Positions 24,758-36,017 of a stretch of DNA of 64,000 nucleotides are shown here, one piece after another. The stretch comes from Blepharisma stoltei ATCC 30299 (taxonomy: Eukaryota; Protista; Ciliophora), in contig CBFDEM010000012.1 of NCBI GenBank assembly GCA_965603825.1, positions 620,001 to 684,000 of the forward strand. The letters run 5' to 3'. The first letter of the stretch is position 1. Every line of letters starts with the position of its first letter. A program made the translations under genes and the position numbers. The notes beneath the pieces were generated by a model, which was given only the letters and a program-made list of their open reading frames with translations, made no database searches and had not been told where the DNA came from.

Positions 24758-26998
24758 ATGAGTGAAGACGTTTACACACTTGAAGCCAAAGATGGAATTC
24801 GATGCACTTGGCAAAATTGGCCTAGCAATAAAGTAACAGCTACAAGAAACGTAATCCCAATCTGCTTAGTCTACACTCCTCTCAAAGAAATCGAAAATAT
24901 TGCCCTAGTAGAATATGAGCCGATAGCTTGTTCTCGATGCAAAAGTGTTCTCAACCCTCACGTCGCAATTGATTTTGTGTCAAAAGCTTGGGGCTGTCCA
25001 TTTTGTATGACACGTAATAGTTTTCCAAGCCACTATAAAGCCCATATTTCAGAAACAACACTTCCAGCAGAACTGATGGCTCAGTACACCACAATGGAAT
25101 ATATTTTGCCTCCTGTAGTCGCTTTGCCGCCAGTTTTTGTTTTTGTAGTGGATACTTGTTGTGATACAGAAGAATTATCCTACTTAAAGTCATCTCTTCA
25201 GCAAAGTCTCAGTATTTTGCCAGCTGAAGCTTTAATCGGCTTTATTACATTTGGGAAAAATGTCTATGCTTACAATTTAGGGTGGACTGAAAACACAAGA
25301 TGCTACGCATTTAGAGGAGACAAAAAATACGAGCTCCCACAAATAAAAGATTTATTAGGATTAATAGGGAATGACCCAAGATCTGTCCAAACTGGAGCAA
25401 GAAGGTTTTTGATGCCAGCAAGTGAATGTGAGCTAGCCTTAAATAACATTATTGAAGACTTATCAAAAGATGCATGGCCTGTTCCTCAAGGATCAAGACC
25501 TTTAAGATGTGTAGGAAATGCTTTAAATATTGCAGTTTCATTGATGGAGCTAGCTTATACTAGGCATGGAGGCAGAATTATGCTATTTGCAGGTGGCGCT
25601 GCTAGTTTTGGCCCAGGAATGATCGTTGGCGACAAACTTGTTGACTCCATCAGAACTCAATCTGACATCAAAAACGATAACGCAAAATACTTAAAGCCAG
25701 CTATTCAGTTTTACCAAGGAATTTCTGAAAGAGCTGCCAACAATGGCCACGCTATCGACATTTTCTGCTGTGCGATTGATCAAATCGGGCTGCTCGAAAT
25801 GCGGTCTCTAAGTGAAAAAACAGGTGGCTACCTAGTTTTGACCGATACTTTTAAATCTGACGTTTTCAGACTGTCCTTACAAAAAATCTTTTCCAGGGAC
25901 GATACTGGAGCTTTGAGAATGGGCTTTAACTCGACAATTCAAGCATTTACATCCCCAGACATCAAAATTAACGGTGCAATAGGCCCTGGAATTGGGGTCA
26001 AAAAGAAGAATCCTTTTGTAAGTGAAGTCGAAATCGGGATGGGTGGCACCAATCATTGGCAAATAGGCAGCATTGATAATCAGACTACACTGTCATTCCA
26101 TTTAGATATAGTAAATCAAGAGCCACAAGCTAAGCGAACTCATGCCTTTGTGCAGTTCCAGACTAAATATCAGCATTCAGGTGGGAGATCAAGGCTTAGA
26201 GTTACAACTGTTAAATACCCAGTTGTAGAGACTGCGAATATTGCCAAATTTATTAGTGGGTTTGACCAAGAAACAGCCGCTGTCATAATGGCTCGCTGGG
26301 CTGTTTCGAAGTCAGAAACTGAAGAAACAATTGACGTTATTAGATGGATTGATAGAACACTGATTAGACTTGTAAAGAAATTTGGGGAATACCAGCAGGA
26401 AATGCCTCATACTTTTAGACTTTGCAGAGAATTCGGACTGTATCCTCAGTTTATGTTCCATATGAGGAGGTCGCAGTTTTTGCAAACTTTCAATGTGTCT
26501 CCAGACGAAAGTGCGTATTACAGAACAATGCTGGTAAGAGAAAACGTAACAAATTCTTTATTAATGATACAGCCAGCGCTGCTTCAGTACTCTTTTGAGT
26601 CCCCTCATCCTACACCAGTTTTGCTAGATATTGCTTCATTGAAAAATAACGTGATTTTATTATTGGACACATTTTTCACAGTTCTTATATGGCATGGAGA
26701 TTTAATTGTGAAATGGAAGAAACTAGGATACCAAGAACAAGAAGAATACGAAAATTTCAGAGAATTGTTGAAGTTGCCTGTAGCAGACGCCCAAAGTATT
26801 CTAGTTGAAAGATTCCCTGTGCCAAGACTGATAGAAACTGACTGTGGAAAAGGAGCTGAAAGATTATTGAAGGCAAAAGTAAATCCAAGTGGAATGGGAG
26901 CTGGAAACGCGACTGTTGAAAGTGGGAACTATTTCACAGAAGACGTCTCTATGAAGACTTTCATGGACAGATTGATTGAATATGCAGTTAAAGCTTAA
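24758..26998 (+). CDS. SEC23: COPII coat protein Sec23
   Basis: Zinc finger, trunk (FVFVVDTC), GFDQETAAV, LYPQFMFHMRRSQFL, RFPVPR, FTEDVS. Confidence 0.97.
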   Translation: MSEDVYTLEAKDGIRCTWQNWPSNKVTATRNVIPICLVYTPLKEIENIALVEYEPIACSRCKSVLNPHVAIDFVSKAWGCPFCMTRNSFPSHYKAHISETTLPAELMAQYTTMEYILPPVVALPPVFVFVVDTCCDTEELSYLKSSLQQSLSILPAEALIGFITFGKNVYAYNLGWTENTRCYAFRGDKKYELPQIKDLLGLIGNDPRSVQTGARRFLMPASECELALNNIIEDLSKDAWPVPQGSRPLRCVGNALNIAVSLMELAYTRHGGRIMLFAGGAASFGPGMIVGDKLVDSIRTQSDIKNDNAKYLKPAIQFYQGISERAANNGHAIDIFCCAIDQIGLLEMRSLSEKTGGYLVLTDTFKSDVFRLSLQKIFSRDDTGALRMGFNSTIQAFTSPDIKINGAIGPGIGVKKKNPFVSEVEIGMGGTNHWQIGSIDNQTTLSFHLDIVNQEPQAKRTHAFVQFQTKYQHSGGRSRLRVTTVKYPVVETANIAKFISGFDQETAAVIMARWAVSKSETEETIDVIRWIDRTLIRLVKKFGEYQQEMPHTFRLCREFGLYPQFMFHMRRSQFLQTFNVSPDESAYYRTMLVRENVTNSLLMIQPALLQYSFESPHPTPVLLDIASLKNNVILLLDTFFTVLIWHGDLIVKWKKLGYQEQEEYENFRELLKLPVADAQSILVERFPVPRLIETDCGKGAERLLKAKVNPSGMGAGNATVESGNYFTEDVSMKTFMDRLIEYAVKA

Positions 26999-27125
26999 TA
27001 TGGTTAGTCTTGGATATTAATATCAATTAGTTGCCTTTTCATATAATTCATTTAGGAACATATGATTTTTCTATTATTTTCATTAAAGAACTTATATGAA
27101 AATCAAAAAAGTTATAATTTAAGAA

Positions 27126-27575
27126 ATGGCAGATCATCTTACAGTTGAACAAATAGCTGAAATCAAGGAAACTTTTTCTTTGTTTGATAAGAACGGCATA
27201 GGGACGATCAGCCTAGATGAAATGTGCATTATTGTTAGAGCTCTTGGCCAAACTCCAACAGAAAATGAGCTGGAGGTAATGAAAAATGAAGCAGATCCAG
27301 ATGGGACAGGAAGAGTGGACTACCCAGAATTTTTATCGATTTTTGCGAAGTACCAAAAAGAGCCAGTTTCTGAGCTTGAGCTTATTACAGCTTTTGAAGA
27401 GCTAGACGAAATGAAAAAAGGAAATATCACTGTTTCAAGGTTAAGGAACTTAATGACAAAGTTTGGTGAGACTCTTAGTGAAGAAGAGCTGCAAAAAATG
27501 ATTCATTATGCAAACCCTGACAATGACGGCAATATTAACTATAGAGATTTCGCAAAGTTGATGATGTCTAGATAA
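27126..27575 (+). CDS. Calmodulin-like protein with partly degenerate EF hands
   Basis: 149 aa, [22 protein letters not shown]; the third loop ([12 protein letters not shown]) lacks Ca ligands. Confidence 0.88.
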   Translation: MADHLTVEQIAEIKETFSLFDKNGIGTISLDEMCIIVRALGQTPTENELEVMKNEADPDGTGRVDYPEFLSIFAKYQKEPVSELELITAFEELDEMKKGNITVSRLRNLMTKFGETLSEEELQKMIHYANPDNDGNINYRDFAKLMMSR

Positions 27576-27799
27576 ATCATTATTTAATATCAACTAATAG
27601 AAATCAGAATAAATATAAAATGAGTAATATTTGCTAGAAATTCTCGTAGATGTACTTTATATAAAATCCATTTTTTAATGAAAATTTTCTTTTATCCAAA
27701 TCCATACAAAATTAGCCTCAGATAATTTTTTATATTCGCAATTTTTATTTTTACTTCTACTAGTTGCCATCCAAATTTATCATCCTAAATAAAATTAAA

Positions 27800-30679
27800 A
27801 TGTCAGAAAATTCACCTTTAAAATCAAATAACTCAGATCAACACATTTCTACTGATGAAAATGCTAAAAACCAGGACAAGCAAGACTACAAGCTATCTGA
27901 TGGTCAGCTAAAAGAAATGGAGACAGGACCTGAAGGAATTTCTGACGGGCAAGCAAAAGAGCGCTTTAATAGAGACGGCCCTAATGAAATCAATGAAAAG
28001 AAGAAAAATTCCATTATAAAATTTTTGAGTCATTTTTGAGGCCCAATACCAATTGTGCTATGAGTTGCTATCGCCCTTGAAATTTCGCGACTTTCATATT
28101 TAGATTTTGTTATTTTAATGATTTTGCAAATTTTTAATGGAATTGTAGTTTGGTATGAAGAAAGAAGCGCAGGGAATGCTATAGAAGCCTTAAAAAAAGG
28201 GTTAGCATCAAAAGCCAAGGTAAAAAGAGACAATAAATGGGCGACTGTAGAAGCTAGAGAATTAGTGATTGGTGATCGAGTTAATATAAAATTAGGTGAT
28301 GTAATACCAGCAGACTGCCGACTAGGGCCAGGAAGTCTAGAAATTGACCAATCTGCCCTGACTGGTGAATCATTGGCTGTAACAAAATCACAAAATGACA
28401 TAGTTTATCAGAGCTCTATCTGCAAAAGAGGTGACATAGAAGCAATTGTGGCGAACACTGGGCCTAGAACTTATTATGGCAAGATTTCAGCCTTAGTTGG
28501 AGGAGTAGAATCAAAAGGCAATATCGACAAAATCATTCTAAAATTCACCTTAATTCTAGTAATTCTAGGATTTATCATAACTGCAGTCATTTTTATAGTG
28601 GTAATGGCGAAAGGCGGTGATGTCTTAGAATCTCTATCCTTATGTTTAGTCATACTTATCTCTGTAATCCCAATTGCCGCACAGGTGGTATCTACCGTAG
28701 TCTTAACAATTGGTGCTCATGAACTAATCAAGCATAAAGCAATCGCTAGAAAACTTAGTGCAATTGAAGAAATGGCTGGCATACAAATCCTATTATCTGA
28801 TAAAACTGGGACATTAACAAAAAATAAACTAAAAGCAAACCCTCCATTTTTATTAGCAAACTTTACAGAAAATGATATATTTTTATATGCAGCATTAGCT
28901 TCAAAAAGACAAGGGCAGGATCAAGATGCGATTGATAAATGCATAATAGAAAGTGCAAAAGAAAATTATGATATTAACCTTGATAAGTATAAAGAAACTA
29001 ATTTTGTGCCTTTTGATCCTGAAAATAAAAGGACGGAATCGTCGATTAAAGATAAGGAAACTGGAGAAAAGTTTAAATGCACAAAAGGTGCTCCACAAGT
29101 GATTATTGAACTGTCACAGAAGGATAAGATAAAGGATGAAATAACAAGTCAGGTGGATGAAATGGCGGCTAGAGGGTTTAGGACTATAGGAGTGGCACTA
29201 GCTAAAGAAAATGATGATAATTGAAAGATAGTAGGACTAATACCGTTATATGACCCTCCAAGAGAAGATACCAAAGAAACTATCAAAAAAGCCTTAGAAA
29301 TGAATCTCAAAGTGAAAATGATCACCGGCGACTCAATCGCAATAGCAAAAGAAGTCGCCAGAGAACTAGACCTTGGAGATAACATCTACAAAATTAACGT
29401 TTTCAAAGAAGCCTGAGAGTCAGGAGACAAAGAAAAAGCCTATAACCTTGTTGAAAATGCTGATGGTTTCGCAGAAGTTTTCCCTGAGCATAAATACCAA
29501 ATATGTGAGGTATTTCAAAATAAAGGCTACACAGTAGCAATGACAGGAGATGGGGTTAATGATGCTCCCGCTTTAAAAAAGGCAAATGTTGGCGTTGCTG
29601 TTGAAGGCTCCACAGATGCAGCTCGAGCTTCTGCATCAATTGTTTTAACAAAGCCTGGACTTTCTGTCATAATTCGTGCCATATATACAGCAAGAATGAT
29701 TTTCCAGAGGATGAATAATTATTTCATGTACAGGATTTCTCTTTCTATACAGCTGCTAGGCTTTTTCTTTATCACAATTATTATTATAAACCCCAGAAAT
29801 TATTTTACTTGCTATTCCAATGGCAAAAGCTGCTCAGAGCTACCAGTATCTTTTGTATTGACGATGATTGCTGTCGTAGTTATAACAATCCTGAATGATT
29901 TCACAATGGCTACAGTAGGCTATGACTGAGTTAGAGTCTCAAAAAAGCCAGAGCATTTCAATTTAAAGGTAATGTTTATAATTGCCTCTGTTCTTGCCAT
30001 AGCTCCTCTATCTGGATGAATTGCATTACTTGTATTATGTTTAGCCCATATGGACTCTCGCAGTCCAAATTCTTTTTTTCAAGGTTTTAATATTGCGACA
30101 TTTTCTTATGAAGAAATTTTGACAGTTATTTTTTTAAGTATCGCAATCTCCAATTTTGGGACTTTACTATCAGCAAGGACAAGCCATTGATTTTGGTCAA
30201 GGCATCTTGGATGGCCACTTGGTTTATCTATGATATGTGGATCTATTATAGCCATTTTTTTTGCAGCGTATTGGCCATTTAATTTTGCTAATAAATCTTC
30301 AGAAATTAGTAAAGATATGGCAGCGATTTCGTGGAAGAAAACATGGTTTGTGGTAGGGTTTTGCATAGTGTTTTTTGTACTCCAAGATGTGAGCAAAGTT
30401 TTGGCAATAAAAATAATAGAAAAAGTTTATCAGAAAAAGGGAAAAATCTCAGGAATTTCAGGGGAAAAATTGAATGCAGATTTTTTGAAGTTTTCTACTG
30501 GTGGGAAAGAGGATAAAGATGAGATTGATCAGGCTAAAGAAGAGAAAGAAGAAAGGGAAGAGGATAAAAATAAAGATAAGGAAAAAGAGGATTATCATAA
30601 GGATACAAATAGAGAGCAAGATTGATTGATGGGAAAAGATGAAAATCACAAAAGTATAGATAAAGATGAAGAAATATAA
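27800..30679 (+). CDS. Plasma-membrane P-type H+-ATPase (P3A), 959 aa
   Basis: One continuous frame once TGA=Trp. GPNE, DQSALTGES, SDKTGTLT, KGAPQ, DPPR, MITGD, FAEVFPEHKY, TGDGVNDAPALKKA, YRI, ILND. TAA at 30677. Confidence 0.93.
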
Positions 30680-30739
30680 ATGCAGTGTATTTGTAAAATG
30701 ACTTTATTATCGGAAGAAGTCGAGAAAAATATTATCTAA

Positions 30740-31705
30740 TTAATCTGAAACTGTTTCAACTATTTTTTGGCTGTTTGTATTTTCATTCTCTTCAGTCTCA
30801 TTTTTAAACTCCTCAGAGCTTTCTTTGACAACATTTTCTCCCTTTTGTAACCGATTTCTTAGCATTTCGAATTTATTTGCCGAAAATTGTCCTCTTAATA
30901 TCATTGCCATATCGCTTTTATGTTCCTCTTCAATAGTTAATACCTGCCTATTGAATATTGGGTCTATTTGAGAGTATTTAATAACAGCATCCCTAATTAC
31001 CTTTTTAGGTGCCTGCTTTAATGCATATAGCCCATATTTTTGGAACAGCTCATATTCAGCCTCTTCTATTAAACTGTCCATATTTTTGACCTGATCCAAA
31101 AATTCTTTGCTTTGAAGATCCCGCTTGATCCCTCTTTTTTCAACTTCCTCAATTCTTTCATAGCTGACCATTCTTGCTGTCGCATACATTTCTTCAAGTA
31201 TTTCTAGTGTTAAATCAGCAGTCAAGAAATCCGGTACATTTATTGATAATTGTGGGTCTATTCCTTGATATGCACTGGCCAGATTGTTTTTGATTAAATT
31301 GCTGAGATCTCTTATATCTTTATCAGTTTTCTCATAAATTATGCAGGATTTTTCTACGGCTTCTTCTGTAGTGGAGTGTTTTTCGTAGATTTTATTTGCT
31401 ATTGATTGGATTTTGTTAGAAATGTGAAAACGAGAGTCCACAAATTCTTTTATATCCTCATTGTCAATGTTACCAGTTTGCTCTTTAAGAGTTCTTATAA
31501 GTCCTGATAAATTAAGATAAACTCCTAATAGTTCATTGTCAAGATCTTTCAGGATTTTTTCAAGGTCTTTTTTAGGAATTAAGGCTTTTTCTTTGGATTT
31601 AGCGTCTTTTTTATCAATAAAATAATAAAGCAAAGCACTTGCACCAAATACAACGAATCCTCCAAGAATCCAATCTTTATAGTCAATTTTTTTCATGGAT
31701 TGCAT
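30740..31705 (-). CDS. Hypothetical N-terminally anchored helical protein, copy A
   Basis: TM WILGGFVVFGASALLYYF followed by a charged helical region; paralog at 33315..34250. Confidence 0.8.
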   Translation of the reverse strand: MQSMKKIDYKDWILGGFVVFGASALLYYFIDKKDAKSKEKALIPKKDLEKILKDLDNELLGVYLNLSGLIRTLKEQTGNIDNEDIKEFVDSRFHISNKIQSIANKIYEKHSTTEEAVEKSCIIYEKTDKDIRDLSNLIKNNLASAYQGIDPQLSINVPDFLTADLTLEILEEMYATARMVSYERIEEVEKRGIKRDLQSKEFLDQVKNMDSLIEEAEYELFQKYGLYALKQAPKKVIRDAVIKYSQIDPIFNRQVLTIEEEHKSDMAMILRGQFSANKFEMLRNRLQKGENVVKESSEEFKNETEENENTNSQKIVETVSD

Positions 31706-31915
31706 CTAATTTATGAATATTAAAAAGATTAAGGAATTTTATTTAGCAAAGATTTAATTAATTTATTTAAGGTATTGTTTGATATGAACCCTCAGAATAA
31801 GAATAAATATTCATCTAAAATGCAACACCACATAAATTAATATTAAAATTTATTCACAAAATTAATTAATTTCAAAAAATCGTAATATCTTAAGCTAAAT
31901 TAACGCTTTATATAT

Positions 31916-32568
31916 CTATACTTCATTAATTCTCTGTATTGTGCTTGTCGGCCCATATATAGCTAATGCAGTATCTCCTTCAGAAAATCATTTCTTATAA
32001 GTCGCTTCCAAATACTTCTTATCCATAGCTGCAATTCTTGAAGCTATTTCAGTTTTCGGTACTTTTTTGTCCATATAAATGAGCTGGCACCCAAGGGTTT
32101 GAATCATGTCGCTTCCTGCTTCAATAGCTAACAACTCAGTATAAATTTTATTTTTCGCTCTTTGGATTTCTTCAAATGACAGTTCTTCGAGGTATGTTTG
32201 TTTTCTATCAATTGTTGGCTTGATTAATGAGGTTATGAACTCACCTGAGGCGTAGTGGCCAAACATCCCAGTGTCTCTGTAAGGGATAAATAAGCATTCT
32301 TGTTTTTTAATATCTTTCATGTCCCCAAACCATCTGTTCATATAATTGTAGAGCCCATAAGGATAGTTTGTGTTTATAGGTGCATTTGGGTCATATTCCA
32401 TAATTCTTTGGAGAAGCAAAAATGGCCAGTAGTCTTCGTGCTTCCATGAAGGAGCCTCGTAGAAGACTCCCATGTGGGCTAGCTCATCTAAATCGTTCCT
32501 AACATAGATTGAAGATCCACAGAACTCAGGAGGATCTTCTCCATCAAAAGGATATTCAGTTGTCTTAG
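31916..32568 (-). pseudogene. 5'-truncated copy of the MPP-beta 3' half
   Basis: Matches 34477-35129. Upstream it is fused to antisense ATPase sequence with an in-frame TAG and no ATG; the HxxEH domain is missing. Confidence 0.85.
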
Positions 32569-33290
32569 GACTTCCAGTATCTTTTGAATTGACGATGATA
32601 TCTGTCGTATTTATAACAATCCTGAATGATTTCACAATGGCTACTGTAAGCTATGACTGAGTTAGAGTCTCAAAAAAGCCAGAGCATTTCAATTTAAAGG
32701 TAATGTTTATAATTGCCACTGTTCTTGCCATAGTTCCTCTATGTGAATGAATTACATTAATTGTATTTATGTTTAGCACATATGGACTCTTGCAATCCAA
32801 ATTTTTTGTTAGGTTTTAATGTTGAAACATTTTCTTATGAAGAAATTTTGACAATTCTTTTTTTGCTGCTAATTAACCATTTAATTTTTCTAATAAATCT
32901 TCAGAAATTAGTAAAGATATGGTAGCGATTTCGTGGAAGAAAACATGGTGGCAGAGTGTTATATAGTTTTTTGAGCTTCAAGATGCGATTAAAGTTGTGG
33001 CAATAAAAGTAATAGAAAAAATTTATCAAAAAAAGGGGAAAATTGAATGCGGATTTTTTGAAGTTTTTTACTTGTGGGAAAGAGGAAAAAGGTGAGATTG
33101 ATAAGGCTAAAGAGCAGGAGGAAGAAGAGAGAGAAGAGAATAAAAATAAAGATAAAGAGGACTATCATAAGGATACAAATAGAGAGCAAGATGGACTGAT
33201 GGAAAAAGATGAGCACCAGCATATACACAAAAGGATAGATAAAGATGAAAAAAATAAATGTAGTGTATTTGTAAAATTACTTTATTATCA
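32569..33290 (+). pseudogene. Degenerate 3' fragment of the H+-ATPase gene
   Basis: Aligns to ~29837-30710 with frameshifts, a ~126-bp deletion and smaller deletions. Confidence 0.88.
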
Positions 33291-33314
33291 GAAGAAATCG
33301 AGAAAAATATTACG

Positions 33315-34250
33315 TTATTTTAGGCTGTTTTTATTTTCATATTCTTCAGTCTCATTTTTAAACTCCTCAGAACTTTCTTTAGCAACATTTTCTCCCTTTT
33401 TTAACCGGTTTCTTAGCATTTCTAATTTATTTGCAGAAAACTCTCCTCCTAATATCATTGCCATATCGCTTTTATGCTCCTTTTCAATAGCTAATACATG
33501 CCTATTGAATGTTGGGTCGATCTGAGAATATTTAATAACAGCATTCCTAATTACCTTTGTGGGTGCCTGATTTAATGCATATAGCCCATATTTTTGGAAC
33601 AGCTCATTTTCAGCCTCTTCTATAAAATTGTCCATATTTTCGATCTGATCCAAAAATTCATTGCTACTAAGATCCCGCTTGATCCCTCTTTTTTCAATTT
33701 CCTCAATTCGTTCATAGCTTGCCATTCTTGCTGTCGCATACATTTCTTCAAGTATTTCTAGCGTTAAATCAGCAGTCAAGAAATCTGGATCATCTATCGA
33801 CAATTGTGGTTCAATTCCTTGATATGCACGGGCTAGATTTTTTTTGATTAAATTGTTGAGATCTCTTATATCTTTATCAGTTTTCTCATAAATTATGCAG
33901 GATTTTTCAACAGCTTCTTCTGTAGCGGAGTGCTTTTCGTAAACTTTATTTGCAATTGATTGGATTTCGTTAGAAATGTGAAAACGAGAGTCCACAAATT
34001 CTTTTATATCCTCATTGTCAATGCTACCAGTTAGCTCTTTATGAGTTCTTATAAGCCCTGGTAAATTAAGATAAACCCCTAATAGCTCATTGTCAAGATC
34101 TTTTAGAATATTTTCAAGGTCTTTTTTAGGAATTAAGGCTTTTTCTTTGGATTTAGCGTCTTTTTTATCAATAAAATAATAAAGCAAAGCACTTGCACCA
34201 ATTACAGCGAGTCCTCCAAGAATCCAATTTTTATAGTCAAATTTTTTCAT
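33315..34250 (-). CDS. Hypothetical N-terminally anchored helical protein, copy B
   Basis: Intact ORF, clearly paralogous to 30740..31705, with scattered substitutions and shorter ends. Confidence 0.78.
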   Translation of the reverse strand: MKKFDYKNWILGGLAVIGASALLYYFIDKKDAKSKEKALIPKKDLENILKDLDNELLGVYLNLPGLIRTHKELTGSIDNEDIKEFVDSRFHISNEIQSIANKVYEKHSATEEAVEKSCIIYEKTDKDIRDLNNLIKKNLARAYQGIEPQLSIDDPDFLTADLTLEILEEMYATARMASYERIEEIEKRGIKRDLSSNEFLDQIENMDNFIEEAENELFQKYGLYALNQAPTKVIRNAVIKYSQIDPTFNRHVLAIEKEHKSDMAMILGGEFSANKLEMLRNRLKKGENVAKESSEEFKNETEEYENKNSLK

Positions 34251-34476
34251 GAATTTCTCCTAATTTATTAATATTAAAAAGATAACTCCGAGGAATTTTA
34301 ATTTCGTAAAGATTTAATTGGTCTATTTAAGGTATTTTTTGATATGAATCCTCAGAATAAGAATAAATATTCATCTAAAATGCAACACCACATAAATTAA
34401 TATTAAAATTTATTCACAAAAACTAATTAATTTCAAAAAATCGTAATATCTTAAGCTAAATTAACGCTTTATATAT

Positions 34477-35919
34477 CTATACTTCATTAATTCTCTGTAT
34501 TGTGCTTGTCGGCCCATATATAGCTAATGCAGTATCTCCTTCAGAAAATCATTTCTTATAAGTCGCTTCCAAATACTTCTTATCCATAGCTGCAATTCTT
34601 GAAGCTATTTCAGTTTTCGGTACTTTTTTGTCCATATAAATGAGCTGGCACCCAAGGGTTTGAATCATGTCGCTTCCTGCTTCAATAGCTAACAACTCAG
34701 TATAAATTTTATTTTTCGCTCTTTGGATTTCTTCAAATGACAGTTCTTCGAGGTATGTTTGTTTTCTATCAATTGTTGGCTTGATTAATGAGGTTATGAA
34801 CTCACCTGAGGCGTAGTGGCCAAACATCCCAGTGTCTCTGTAAGGGATAAATAAGCATTCTTGTTTTTTAATATCTTTCATGTCCCCAAACCATCTGTTC
34901 ATATAATTGTAGAGCCCATAAGGATAGTTTGTGTTTATAGGTGCATTTGGGTCATATTCCATAATTCTTTGGAGAAGCAAAAATGGCCAGTAGTCTTCGT
35001 GCTTCCATGAAGGAGCCTCGTAGAAGACTCCCATGTGGGCTAGCTCATCTAAATCGTTCCTAACATAGATTGAAGATCCACAGAACTCAGGAGGATCTTC
35101 TCCATCAAAAGGATATTCAGTTGTCTTAGCTACTTTCCCAAAGTTTTTTTCAGCTATATCTACCAACTGGTCATGACTAATCGGCCCTGCCCCCAAAACT
35201 ACAATTCTCGGCCCCACATAGTGTGTATATATAAACTTCTTCAGCTGATCTCTATTTATCTGCATAATGCTCGTCTTATGTCCCAAGATTGGCTGTCCCA
35301 TAATATGGTTCCTATATGCCGTATAATGGACATTTTCCAATATCATTTCTCTCATATCCGCATCTACCTCTTGTGCTTCTCTCAAAATGACTTCTCTTTC
35401 TATCTCAATGCTGGTTTTATCATATTTTGAGCTTAGTAGCATATCACTAATAATTTCCATAGCTCTGGACACGTCGTTTTTAAAAACCTGCATTTGGTAA
35501 AGCGTGGTCTCTCTTGAAGTATAAGCATTTAGGTTTCCTCCCATGTTTTCTATTTCACTTTCTAACTGAATTCTGGTCCTTTTGTTGGTTCCTTTGAAGT
35601 GAAGATGCTCGAGGAAGTGGGCGATCCCAGTGTTTGCCATAGTCTCGTTACGAGAGCCTGCTTCAATCATGACACCAACTGTGGCTATTGCGTTGTCGAA
35701 GGGTTCTGTGGCTACTCGGACTCCATTGCTAAGAGTTGTTAATTTATAGGCATGATCATACTGGAGAGCCTCAGGGATTTGACCATCACGAAGATAGCCA
35801 CTGTTGAGCAGATGAGATTTTGTGAATTGGGAGGTGTCATTTTGCTTTTCTTGTGCCCAGATTCGGTAATTTGTATTAATAGAAGATGAAGCTCGCCTGA
35901 TGATGCTTCTCAAAGCCAT
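34477..35919 (-). CDS. PMPCB: Mitochondrial processing peptidase beta subunit / core I (M16B), 480 aa
   Basis: TLSNGVRVATE, AGSRNE, GIAHFLEHLHFKGT (HxxEH), NAYTSRE, DTGMFG. TGA at 34549 is read through (KK-W-FSEGDTALAIYGP) to TAG at 34477. Confidence 0.9.
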
Positions 35920-36017
35920 TTTTATTTAGAAAAATAGTGTAAAATAATCTCTTAATTAAATCGTTACCTAGGCTCTGCATAACCCTTTTCCTGCCTTAGA
36001 GATTAAATTAAATAGAA

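Larger units (their letters stand above)
29837..35129. repeat. Tandem segmental duplication: unit 1 ~29837-32568, unit 2 ~32569-35129
   Basis: Each unit carries the ATPase 3' end, a hypothetical gene and the MPP-beta 3' end. The junction at ~32568 joins MPP-beta sequence (ttgtcttag) to ATPase sequence (ccagtatctttt). Confidence 0.92.

Noticed and set aside
31988-32635. Novel chimeric protein MKSFRIV...-MPP-beta
   Set aside because: The start is GTG in antisense ATPase sequence with an in-frame TAG just upstream; it is a duplication by-product.
33043-33525. 160-aa ORF as an independent gene
   Set aside because: It is the decayed ATPase tail running antisense into the neighbouring gene.
34467-34482. 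Possible 16-nt intron gtatagatatataaag over the MPP-beta stop codon
   Set aside because: It lacks the GTAA start of the six supported introns, is not needed for the frame and would change only the last residue.
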